Shown: positions 45,017-53,470 of the stretch, piece after piece
Position numbering within the stretch: the stretch's first letter is position 1
Layout of the letters: every line of letters starts with the position of its first letter
Notes under the pieces: model-generated
The model's database searches: none
The model's input: only the letters and a program-made list of their open reading frames with translations
Told to the model about the DNA's origin: nothing
Assembly: GCA_044222185.1 (NCBI GenBank)
Contig: JBGANV010000001.1
Span: 1,120,001 to 1,184,000, forward strand
Direction: 5' to 3'
From: Planctomycetota bacterium
GTDB taxonomy: Bacteria; Planctomycetota; GCA-002687715; CAIWVZ01
Length of the DNA: 64,000 nt
Program-made: the position numbers and the translations under genes

Positions 45017-46864
45017 ATGACCTTGGTCGACGCAACCGTTGCTGAACTTCCTCCTCGCGCCAGGACTTCCGAGGGCCCGGTGCACGCGGACGAGGCTCGG
45101 TCATACGCGCAGCAACCGAAGGCGCGAAGGCGTGGTGCCGGCGGCTGGCTTCTCCTCGCCGTGGGCGTCGCCGGCTCCGGCGTCGCCGACGTCGTGCTGA
45201 CTCACCGCGTCCCGCTGTCGCCTGCAGACCTCGCACTCGTGCGCGGCGGGCCGTCGCCCAACGTCGCCGTGGGATGGCTGGCGGGATTGCTCGGATCGGA
45301 CCTCCTCGTCTGGCGACTCTTCGGCGCGATCGGGGTCGTGGCGCTCGCGTGCGCGACGGCGTTCGCGAGCAGCCGGATGGTCGGGACCAGGCGGGCTGCC
45401 GGGTTCGGTGCCGCCGTGGTGCTTCTGCATCCACTCGTGAGGACCTGCGAGCTCGACGTCGACGGCTGTTCGGGGATCTGGGCGACGGCACTCGCGGTCT
45501 TCGGACTCGGACTCGCCCGAGACTGCGTGGCGCGGCGGTGGGTCGGCGCGGCGATCGCGCTCGCGGCCGCCGGTCTCCACTCCGCTGCGAGCGCCCCGTT
45601 CGCCTTGGTGCCGTGGGCACTACTGGGATCCGGAGCTGACGATCGCAGGCAGGCACTGCGCACGCTTCTCGCATGCGCCCTGGGCTGCGCCGGCGCGAGC
45701 GCGGCGTCGATGCTTGCACACGCGACCGCCGCAGGTGAGATCGCAGGCGGTGCAGCCGACACGATGAGGAGCCTCGTGGCGCTCGCGGGACGCGACGGCA
45801 TCGCGGAGCCGTTTCGCTGGGCCACACCGGTCGCGGCGTGGTTCCTGCTTCTTTGCGGCGGGCTCGTTCGGGCCCGCGACGCTCAGTCCGGGCCGGCGGC
45901 GCTCTTCGCCGGCATCGCCGCGGTCGCGACGATCCTGCCTGGAGTCGTCGTTACACGGCGCGGGGTCGCGGATTCCGATCTCGTCGGAGCCGTCACGTGC
46001 CTCGCGATCGCGGCTGGTTCCGCAGGCGTCACGACGACGTGCGCTCGGCGGTGGGCCATGCTCGCGGGCCTGGTCCTGCTCGCGGCCGTTGGGACCTCGA
46101 CCGTCGGCGACTACGCGATGCGCGAACTCCCCGCGCGCGCTGCCGTCGCGAGCTTCGCCGGCCACTGCGACCAGCTCCCGCTCGATCGATGCCAGACGGT
46201 CTGCATCGTCGGAGCGGACGACCCGATGCTGGCGGTGGCGCGCCGCCACGCGGCTGCCGACGGGGCCTTCCGCGCCGTTTCGATCCGGCGACTGGAGGAA
46301 CTCGGCGCAGCGCCCCTCGATGCCGCAGTCGCCGTGCTCCGGTGGGGCGCACCGGCGGACGAGGGGCTGCTCGCGGAGGCGCCGCCGACCCTGCAAACCA
46401 TCGTCGTCGGATCGATCTCCGCAGAGATCGAGCTCGTGTCGCCACCGCCGGACGTCGTGTGGCCTGCGAGGCGCGCCCGCGACGAACCGTCCTTCGAGTT
46501 CAGGTTGCCCTCGGACATGACCCCGACGAGCGCGAACCTCACGTTCGTCGCCGTCTCGGAGCACGCGGGTCGCCCCCACAGCCTCCTGCGGCGCCTGGAC
46601 GCGAGCGTCCTGCGGCGCAGTCGTGACGACGGTCCGCCACGTTGGATCTGGCACCCCACCTGGCGATCGAGCGTGCACGCCGACAACGAACTCCACTGGG
46701 AGGACGGCGACTTCGGCGCCCACACGTCATCGATCCGATGGACGATCGCCGTCTCCGATCGCGAGGCCGATCACGACGATGCGCCCGACGCACACGACGA
46801 CGCGCCGTTCGGAGCCAACGTCCGGCTCGCGCCGTTCCGCACGCTCACCGTCGGGCCGAAATAG
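45017..46864 (+). CDS. Polytopic membrane protein with soluble C-terminal domain (possible GT-C-like)
   Basis: About ten hydrophobic Ala/Leu-rich segments followed by a polar domain; no diagnostic motif; start uncertain. Confidence 0.5.
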   Translation: MTLVDATVAELPPRARTSEGPVHADEARSYAQQPKARRRGAGGWLLLAVGVAGSGVADVVLTHRVPLSPADLALVRGGPSPNVAVGWLAGLLGSDLLVWRLFGAIGVVALACATAFASSRMVGTRRAAGFGAAVVLLHPLVRTCELDVDGCSGIWATALAVFGLGLARDCVARRWVGAAIALAAAGLHSAASAPFALVPWALLGSGADDRRQALRTLLACALGCAGASAASMLAHATAAGEIAGGAADTMRSLVALAGRDGIAEPFRWATPVAAWFLLLCGGLVRARDAQSGPAALFAGIAAVATILPGVVVTRRGVADSDLVGAVTCLAIAAGSAGVTTTCARRWAMLAGLVLLAAVGTSTVGDYAMRELPARAAVASFAGHCDQLPLDRCQTVCIVGADDPMLAVARRHAAADGAFRAVSIRRLEELGAAPLDAAVAVLRWGAPADEGLLAEAPPTLQTIVVGSISAEIELVSPPPDVVWPARRARDEPSFEFRLPSDMTPTSANLTFVAVSEHAGRPHSLLRRLDASVLRRSRDDGPPRWIWHPTWRSSVHADNELHWEDGDFGAHTSSIRWTIAVSDREADHDDAPDAHDDAPFGANVRLAPFRTLTVGPK

Positions 46865-46964
46865 TCGTGGCCCCGAGAGGGGTTCTCACGCATGATGCGG
46901 CTTCGGCGCGACACTGAAGGCCCGTGCACGCCACGAACGGTCGCTGCCCGCGGAGTCCACCGCC

Positions 46965-47648
46965 ATGACCACACTCCCGAAGTCCGAGACCCGTCCCGAC
47001 GGCCGTCCAGCCATCGACGTCCTGCAACCAACCGAGGTGCAGACCGCCACGTTCGCGTTGGGTTGATTCTGGGGACCCGACTCCCAGTTCGGGAGTCTCG
47101 ACGGTGTGGTGCGCACCCGCGTCGGCTACGCGGGCGGCACGAAGCTCGAACCGACCTACCGAGACCTCGGTGATCACACGGAGACCCTCGAGCTCGACTT
47201 CGACCCCGCGAGAATCTCGTACGAGGCGCTCCTCGACGTGTTCTTCTCGACCCACAACGCCTGCCGCAAGCCGTGGAGCCGCCAGTACGCATCGATCGTG
47301 TTCTGGCGCGGCGAGGCGCAGCGAGCACTCGCGATGGAGGCCGGCCGCGCGATGGAGGCCAGATCAGGCAAGCCCGTCGTCACCGAATTCGTCGAGTTCG
47401 GGAGGTTCTGGCTCGCGGAGGACTACCACCAGAAGTACTCGCTGCGCCGAGTCCCGGAGATCGCGCGCGAATTCACCGACATCTACCCGCGGCTCGAGGA
47501 CTTCGTGAATTCGACCGCCGTGATGCGAGCCAACGCCTGGCTTGGTGGGCACGCCACGCGCGCGCAGGTCGACCGAGACTTGATGGGGCTCGGCCTCTCC
47601 GCCGGCGCGCAGAGGCTGCTTTCGCGGTTGACGCGAAACGGCGGGTAG
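46965..47648 (+). CDS. msrA: Selenocysteine-containing peptide-methionine (S)-S-oxide reductase MsrA (Sec34)
   Basis: GGAG RBS, ATG at 46965, TATFALG-TGA(47064-47066)-FWGPDSQFG..GVVRTRVGYAGG, DHTE, QYAS, FWLAEDYHQKY. The TGA sits at the Cys of GCFWG. Confidence 0.92.
47079..47097 (+). promoter_or_regulatory. Putative bacterial SECIS hairpin
   Basis: GACTCCC-AGTTC-GGGAGTC: perfect 7-bp stem starting 12 nt after the UGA, with G at the second loop position. Confidence 0.8.
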
Positions 47649-47661
47649 GCCCGCGAGAGCG

Positions 47662-48603
47662 CTATTTCCCAACCCAATACAGAGCCGCGGCCGCGATCTG
47701 GAGTTCCATCATCAGCAGGTACATGTTCCGCCAGGCGCGACGGTCGCCTGCGTCGGCGAGATGCGCGGCGTCGCGGATGAGCGAGCGCCCGGTCCACACC
47801 CCGTGGGCGGCGATCAGCACGCCGACGATCGTGCTCGCCGTCGGTGGCAGGCCCAGGAGCGGGCGGTCCGCGACGACGATCCGCGGCAGGGCGATGAGCA
47901 GCAAGCCCGGCAGGCAGAGGAACGGAGCCACGAGCCGCGCCGCCATCGTCGGCCCGAAACGGATCGGAAGCGAGCTCGCTCCGCCCTGCCGATCGCCCTC
48001 GACGTCTGCGAAATCCTTGGTGGGCGCGGCGCCGATCACGAAGCAGAAGAACACGGCGCCGAGGATCCAGGGCTCGCGATCGGAGAAGATCGGGGCCAGC
48101 GTCCCCCATCCGGCCACTTTCAGCAGGAGCCCGCGCGGGATTGCGATCACGAGCGGCCCGAACCACCAGGAGTTCCGGGCGCGCAACGGCGGCGCCGAAT
48201 ACGCCCACGTGAGCCCGGCCGTGAAGGCGACGATCCAACCGACCTCGAACTCGCCCGTCGGCGTCACGAGAAACGCCAGCGCGACGGCCACGGCGTAGAG
48301 CACGAGCGTGCCGACCCGCGCCGCGCGAAGGCTCATGGCACCGCTGGGAATCGGGCGATGCGGCTTGTTGATCCGATCCAGGGCGAGGTCGTGGATCTGG
48401 TTCAATGCGTTGCTCGCTGCATTGAGCGTCGCCGCCATCAGGGCTCCCGCGAGCACGAGCCAGAATGCCCGCGCACCGGTGACCACGGCGCGATGGGCGC
48501 CCAGCGCGGAGAAGGCCCCGGAGATCATCCCGATCGCGGGCGGCAGCAGCGTGAACGGCCGCGTGAGGTCGATCCACGCTCGAACGGCGCCAGGGCGCTT
48601 CAT
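47662..48603 (-). CDS. UbiA-family prenyltransferase with homogentisate-prenyltransferase-type motifs
   Basis: RPFTL, NQIHDLALDRINKPHRPIPSG, AYSAPPLR, IAIPRGLLL, KDFADVEGD; multiple TM helices. Confidence 0.88.
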   Translation of the reverse strand: MKRPGAVRAWIDLTRPFTLLPPAIGMISGAFSALGAHRAVVTGARAFWLVLAGALMAATLNAASNALNQIHDLALDRINKPHRPIPSGAMSLRAARVGTLVLYAVAVALAFLVTPTGEFEVGWIVAFTAGLTWAYSAPPLRARNSWWFGPLVIAIPRGLLLKVAGWGTLAPIFSDREPWILGAVFFCFVIGAAPTKDFADVEGDRQGGASSLPIRFGPTMAARLVAPFLCLPGLLLIALPRIVVADRPLLGLPPTASTIVGVLIAAHGVWTGRSLIRDAAHLADAGDRRAWRNMYLLMMELQIAAAALYWVGK

Positions 48604-49316
48604 GCCGCGCCTCCGGCAACCGTGAGCCAGGCTCCGACGGCCGCAGCGCAACTGCTCGATGCGAAGTTCACGCCCTCGTTGTTCAAAACGCCTCGTCGCT
48701 CGAGGGTCGCGCCGATGAGGCTGTCGACGAGAGAGCCCGCGAGCCCGCCGACGACGATCGCCCACCGGAATACGCCGTCCGTCGCCGCGACGGCAGTCGC
48801 CGTGATCGCACCACCGACCAGGGAGAAGAATACTCCCGCCCACGTCATGCCGCCGTCGGTTCCGCGAATGACCATGGGGCCGAAGAGCAGAAGCCGCGGG
48901 GTCTCCCGCGCCAGCATCCCCCACTCCCCGGCGACCGTGTCCGCGAGCGATCCGGCGAGTGCTGCAGCCGCTGCGGGAATGGTCCAGACCGACCACTCGG
49001 GGCGAGCGGCGCCCAAGATCAACACGATGGCCGCGGCGCCCGCATTGGCGACGACGTGCCGGGCCGAGCGCCGCCCGCCGGCCTCCTGCGCCACACCCAG
49101 CCGGGCCTTGCGGGCGATGCCGGTCCGTGAAGCGCCGGTTCCGACGACGACGAGGCTCAGGAACGCCGCGATCACCGACGCGCCGCCTTCCCACGCAAAC
49201 CAAAGCGCGTGGACGAATCCTGCGAAGATGCCCGAGCGCGTTCCGGCCCGGATCAGGACGACCGGGACGGTGAGCGCCGTCGCCGTGACGATCGCGGTTG
49301 CAAGTTCGTGGCGCAC
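48600..49316 (-). CDS. DUF92/TMEM19 family membrane protein (VTE6 phytyl-phosphate kinase-like)
   Basis: RSARHVVANAG, LADTVAGEWG, GTDGGMT, GSLVDSLIGATLE, LNNEGVNF. Confidence 0.88.
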   Translation of the reverse strand: MRHELATAIVTATALTVPVVLIRAGTRSGIFAGFVHALWFAWEGGASVIAAFLSLVVVGTGASRTGIARKARLGVAQEAGGRRSARHVVANAGAAAIVLILGAARPEWSVWTIPAAAAALAGSLADTVAGEWGMLARETPRLLLFGPMVIRGTDGGMTWAGVFFSLVGGAITATAVAATDGVFRWAIVVGGLAGSLVDSLIGATLERRGVLNNEGVNFASSSCAAAVGAWLTVAGGAA

Positions 49317-49317
49317 G

Positions 49318-49857
49318 TCAGGGGCTCGCAATCCAGGCGGCCACCGCCGCGGACACGGGCCACGCGACGTTGTCTTCGATCGGCCTCGGAAGCCCATCGG
49401 CGACGGCGCCGGCGCATCCCGCGGCGATCGCGATGGGCCACGGCGCGACGATGGCGCACGCCAGCGCTGCGGCACCCCCCGCGAGCACGCTCACGAGCAC
49501 GCGTTTCTCGCGCCGCCACGGCCAGCACGGACCTCGAACCGCCAATCCGAGGAATGGGGCGACTCCGTCACCGACTCCGAGCGATAGCCAGCCGATCTGC
49601 GCGATGACCGGCCGGTCGTGAAAGACCACGAGCAGCGCGGCGCACGCGAGCGGGTACGCCCAGATGGCGCGCGTGCCCGTCCCGTCCGGTCGGATGACGT
49701 TCCGCAGCCCGGGCAGCCTGGGAAGGAGCCACGCGTTCGCCGGGATCGCGATCAGCGCGAGGGCCAAGGCTGCATCCACACCGATCACCGGGACGAGATA
49801 GGCCCCGAGTCCGATCAGAATGTGAACCGCGCGCCGGAGAAGCTCGTTGCGGGTCAT
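49318..49857 (-). CDS. Phytol/dolichol kinase-like membrane protein (VTE5/SEC59/DGK1 family), short and divergent
   Basis: ELLRRAVHILIG, LGVGDGVAPFLG, WRREK, IEDNVAWP; 179 aa. Confidence 0.7.
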   Translation of the reverse strand: MTRNELLRRAVHILIGLGAYLVPVIGVDAALALALIAIPANAWLLPRLPGLRNVIRPDGTGTRAIWAYPLACAALLVVFHDRPVIAQIGWLSLGVGDGVAPFLGLAVRGPCWPWRREKRVLVSVLAGGAAALACAIVAPWPIAIAAGCAGAVADGLPRPIEDNVAWPVSAAVAAWIASP

Positions 49858-49858
49858 G

Positions 49859-51985
49859 TCACTTCTTGAACTGGATCGGCTTCCCGTCGAGTCCGGGCGT
49901 GGCCGCGAGCCCGAGCAGCGCCTCCACCGTCGGGTGGATGTCCGCCACGTCCGCGACGGACTGCGACGGCGGAAGCGACGAGAAGAGCACGCCGGGGACC
50001 ACGTCCGGATCGACGGAGCAGTGATCACCGCTCCAGAGACTTCGATTGGGCTGGAACACCGGCTCGTCCATCGCGCCGAGCGTGCACTGCCACGAGACAC
50101 GGAAGCCAGACTCGAACCCGAGCACCAGATCCGCGGATTCGTTCACGCGATCACCGGAGTAGATCTCCTCCCGCGGTTTCACCGACCTCACGACGGGCTG
50201 CCCCTCGTGGCGAAGCCCGAGGAGCCGCTTGCGAATCTCCTCCACGAGCGCGCCGCGCTCGGTCGGTTGCACCGCGCCGTTGGGCTCCCGTCCCGCGAGG
50301 TTGACGTAGATCTTGCCGAGCCCCATGGAGTAGGCCTTCGTCTTCGTCCAGTCGACGCCGGGGAACAGCGACGTACCGCCGATGGAACGTTCGACAGTCC
50401 GCGTCTCGCCATCGGCCGTGCCGACCAGCAGGCCCTCCTCGGCGAGCCACCGGTTGAGGTTGACCGAGACACGGAACGGCGCGAAGCCGTGATCGGAGAC
50501 GACGAACAGGATGTCGCCGCCACGGAGGAATTCCTTGCGGACACGGCCGACCAGGCGGTCGAGGCGCACGTAGGCGTCGAGGATCGGGTTCCCACGTCGT
50601 GCGACCGCGGCCGGATCGTGGCGCGGATGTGCGGGGTCGAGGTCCCTCCAGAAGAGGTGCTGGGCGCGGTCCGGGGTCGACAGCACGCAGAAGAAGCACC
50701 GCCAATCGGTGCGTGCGAGCGTGCGCGCCACCATCTGCTCGCGGCGCGCGTCCAGTTCCTCGACGTCGGAGAGGAACGTGGCCTCGTCGATGACCTCGTC
50801 CTGCAGCGGATTCGTGGCACAAGCCCAGCCGAGCGTGTCGAAGGGCCCGTCGGCGCAGAGGTCCGAGCCGAAGTCGAGCGGCGCGGTGATCGGCGCGAAC
50901 GGTGATTGCTCGACCGGGTCGAAGCACGTGGGCTCCTGGTAGAGGACCGTCCGCGCACCGCCTTCGAGCAAGCGGAATCGCGTGAGTCCGTGGAGAGACG
51001 TACCCGGGGCCACTCCGAACGTCACGGGCATGAACGGCGTCCAGCGCGACTCCGCCACCTCCTCCAGAGCCTGTCCCACGCCGACCGTGACGCGGCGCTC
51101 CTCGCGCGACGCGCGCGCCGTCACGTTCACGCTGATGCGAGTCTTCGTGAACGGAGAGATCGGCCCCTGCACCGAGATGTCGCCGAGGGTGCCATCGGGA
51201 CGCACGGCGATCGGCAGGACGCGACAACCAGTCGGAGTGATGCGGCGCTCGGGCGGAACGGGCTCCTCGCGATAGACGGTCACCGTCCCCGGCGTCCCCA
51301 TCATGTCCGGAACGCCCAGTCCGCAGAGGATTCGCCCGTGCTTGAGCTCGGGCGCGGGAAACGCCATCGGCGCGAGCAACGACGCCGAACCAACCCCGTC
51401 GCGATCGAGACGCTCCCAGATCGCCTCGCCGCCGCGTGCGTTGATCGGCACGATCATGTCGTCGGGGATCGAGGCGACGACGGCGCCCGCCGCAGCACCG
51501 ACGGACATCACGGTCGCGCAGGCCATCAGCAATCCGGATCGCGCACCGCGACGACGCCACATCCTGACGGCCATGCCCGCGCCGGCGGCAGCGAGCGCGC
51601 CCACCACCCACCAGGCGATACGCCTCGGAAACAGGTGTCTGGGCTCGACCAGTGCCAGCTCGGCCGTGACGTCGTTCCCCTTGAATCCTCGACGGAGGAA
51701 GTCGAAGACGCCGGTGCGACCCGGATTGCGTCCGGTCGTGAGCGTGGCCCAGGAGACCGGAGACTGTGCCGGGTTGGTGGGGCGCAGGGGAATCAACCCG
51801 CCTGATGCGGCGAGGTCCGCGAGCGCCGGCAAGCGCCCCTCGGCGATCCAGCGGGACGTGAGCGCGAAGTCGAGCCCGTCCACGCCGATGACGACGACCC
51901 GAGCCTGAGACTGCGCCACCGCGGTCGCATGAAACGACGACGCCGCCAGCGCGACCAGGGCGAGTCGGAGCAGATCACTCCTCAT
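49859..51985 (-). CDS. Alkaline phosphatase superfamily (nucleotide pyrophosphatase/phosphodiesterase-type) exported protein
   Basis: Signal peptide, VVIGVDGLD, PAQSPVSWATLTTGRNPG, PDRAQHLFW, VVSDHGF, WSGDH. Confidence 0.88.
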   Translation of the reverse strand: MRSDLLRLALVALAASSFHATAVAQSQARVVVIGVDGLDFALTSRWIAEGRLPALADLAASGGLIPLRPTNPAQSPVSWATLTTGRNPGRTGVFDFLRRGFKGNDVTAELALVEPRHLFPRRIAWWVVGALAAAGAGMAVRMWRRRGARSGLLMACATVMSVGAAAGAVVASIPDDMIVPINARGGEAIWERLDRDGVGSASLLAPMAFPAPELKHGRILCGLGVPDMMGTPGTVTVYREEPVPPERRITPTGCRVLPIAVRPDGTLGDISVQGPISPFTKTRISVNVTARASREERRVTVGVGQALEEVAESRWTPFMPVTFGVAPGTSLHGLTRFRLLEGGARTVLYQEPTCFDPVEQSPFAPITAPLDFGSDLCADGPFDTLGWACATNPLQDEVIDEATFLSDVEELDARREQMVARTLARTDWRCFFCVLSTPDRAQHLFWRDLDPAHPRHDPAAVARRGNPILDAYVRLDRLVGRVRKEFLRGGDILFVVSDHGFAPFRVSVNLNRWLAEEGLLVGTADGETRTVERSIGGTSLFPGVDWTKTKAYSMGLGKIYVNLAGREPNGAVQPTERGALVEEIRKRLLGLRHEGQPVVRSVKPREEIYSGDRVNESADLVLGFESGFRVSWQCTLGAMDEPVFQPNRSLWSGDHCSVDPDVVPGVLFSSLPPSQSVADVADIHPTVEALLGLAATPGLDGKPIQFKK

Positions 51986-51995
51986 CGAATTCGAT

Positions 51996-53351
51996 TCACT
52001 TCCCGCCACGGATCTCGCGGACGTAGATGTTGCCGAACTGAATCGGCGCACCGTGGTGCTGCAGGGCGATGGGACCCGATGCGGGTACGCCCGGCAGCTG
52101 CGCGTCCTCGATCACGCGCTCTCCGTTGAGCGTCACGGTCAAGCGATCACCGACCATGCGGATCCGGAAGCGGTTCCACTGACCGATGGGTGCGTCAGCC
52201 TTCTTCTTCGGGGTGACGCCCGCTCGCACCGCCGGCGAACTCGCGGGATCGGTTCGATACCCATACACCTCGCCGGATCCGATCGGCCAGCACCAGATGT
52301 TCACTTGCGACTTGTCGTTGCCGCGCAGGTAGATCCCACTGTCACCCGCCTCCTGGACCTTCACGGTCTTGGGTTTGCCATCGTCGCCCTTGGGTGACGT
52401 GCCGTCCGGCAGAACCACCGGAACTTCCTTCTCCTCCGGCTTCCCCGTCCAACGCCAGTCCACGATCAATTCCACGTCGCCGAACGACTCCTCGCTCCAA
52501 AGGTGGTCGCCCTTCCCGTCGTAGTTCAGGGTCCAGTCGTCGACGGTCCAATGCGCCTTCTGCTTGTCGTCGGCCTTCCATCCCGTCAGATCCACGCCGT
52601 TGAACAGGGTGCGAAAGCCTTCATCCGTCAGCGCGACCTGCTCCGCGGCGAGCGCGCCCGATGACGGAAGCTCGGTGATCACGAGGTTCTTGAAGTCGAT
52701 GGGCGAACCCTCGGACTCGAGGCAGATGTAGCCCTTCCGCGGGTTGATGTCGTAGCCACCGCTGACTTCCTTGCCGTTGACCTCGAGCTTGAGCGTGCCG
52801 TTCTTCGCGACGATCCGGTAGTGATTCCATTCTCCGGCGCCCTTCGTCCGCGATTCGCTGGGCAGGCAGCGCTCCCAGCCGCCTGGATGGGGCCGATCGG
52901 GCTTCATGTGCGCGCCATGGATCGAGAACACGTCGCCCTGGCTCGTGTAGTTGGGGGTCTCGTGACCGAGCATCACCTGCACCTCGATCGATCGGGTGAA
53001 TGGCTGACCGCGGGCGGTGATCGGGTCCGACCAGATGAAGATCCCCGCATTGCCGCCAGCATCGTGGTGCATCCAGTCGACTTCCAGGATGAAGTTTTCG
53101 AACTGGCGATCCGTGCAAAGAACGCCCGTCGGGTGACCCGAGCAGTGGATCATCCCGTCTTTCACGGTCCATGTACTCGGCGCTCCGTTCACGTTCTTCC
53201 AACCGGTCAGGTCCTTGCCGTTGAAGAGCGGTACCGGTTTGGACGACTCCGTGGGCGGCGTCTGCGCGCATGCAGGGTCGGGCAGGAGCGCTGCCAGCGC
53301 AACCAGGCTGAAGGCCACGATCCACGACGGGTTCGAAGTGATGGTTCCCAC
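51996..53351 (-). CDS. Secreted tandem DUF1080 (3-keto-disaccharide hydrolase family) protein
   Basis: Two LFNG.DLTGW domains with NAG/DSGI, EVQ, GEWN/GQWN and G.I.L motifs; signal peptide; AGGAG RBS. Confidence 0.9.
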   Translation of the reverse strand: MGTITSNPSWIVAFSLVALAALLPDPACAQTPPTESSKPVPLFNGKDLTGWKNVNGAPSTWTVKDGMIHCSGHPTGVLCTDRQFENFILEVDWMHHDAGGNAGIFIWSDPITARGQPFTRSIEVQVMLGHETPNYTSQGDVFSIHGAHMKPDRPHPGGWERCLPSESRTKGAGEWNHYRIVAKNGTLKLEVNGKEVSGGYDINPRKGYICLESEGSPIDFKNLVITELPSSGALAAEQVALTDEGFRTLFNGVDLTGWKADDKQKAHWTVDDWTLNYDGKGDHLWSEESFGDVELIVDWRWTGKPEEKEVPVVLPDGTSPKGDDGKPKTVKVQEAGDSGIYLRGNDKSQVNIWCWPIGSGEVYGYRTDPASSPAVRAGVTPKKKADAPIGQWNRFRIRMVGDRLTVTLNGERVIEDAQLPGVPASGPIALQHHGAPIQFGNIYVREIRGGK

Positions 53352-53470
53352 GTCCAGTCTCCTATCCGGTGACGGCGAATGCCGGCGCAGACGTTAGCGC
53401 AAGCGGGCTCGTTTCAGAGGCTCGGCGAGGGGTTTCACGAACGGCTTGCGCCAGCGGGCGGCGATCGACG

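Noticed and set aside
47064-47066. msrA as a nonsense pseudogene
   Set aside because: The stop falls exactly on the catalytic Cys codon, a SECIS-like hairpin follows, and all other motifs are intact, so Sec recoding is the better explanation
47662-48603. UbiA as the DPPR synthase partner of the DprE1/E2-like pair
   Set aside because: It lacks the D..HP.K..RP pattern of Rv3806c-type enzymes; its motifs fit the HPT/DGGGPS/ChlG side of the family
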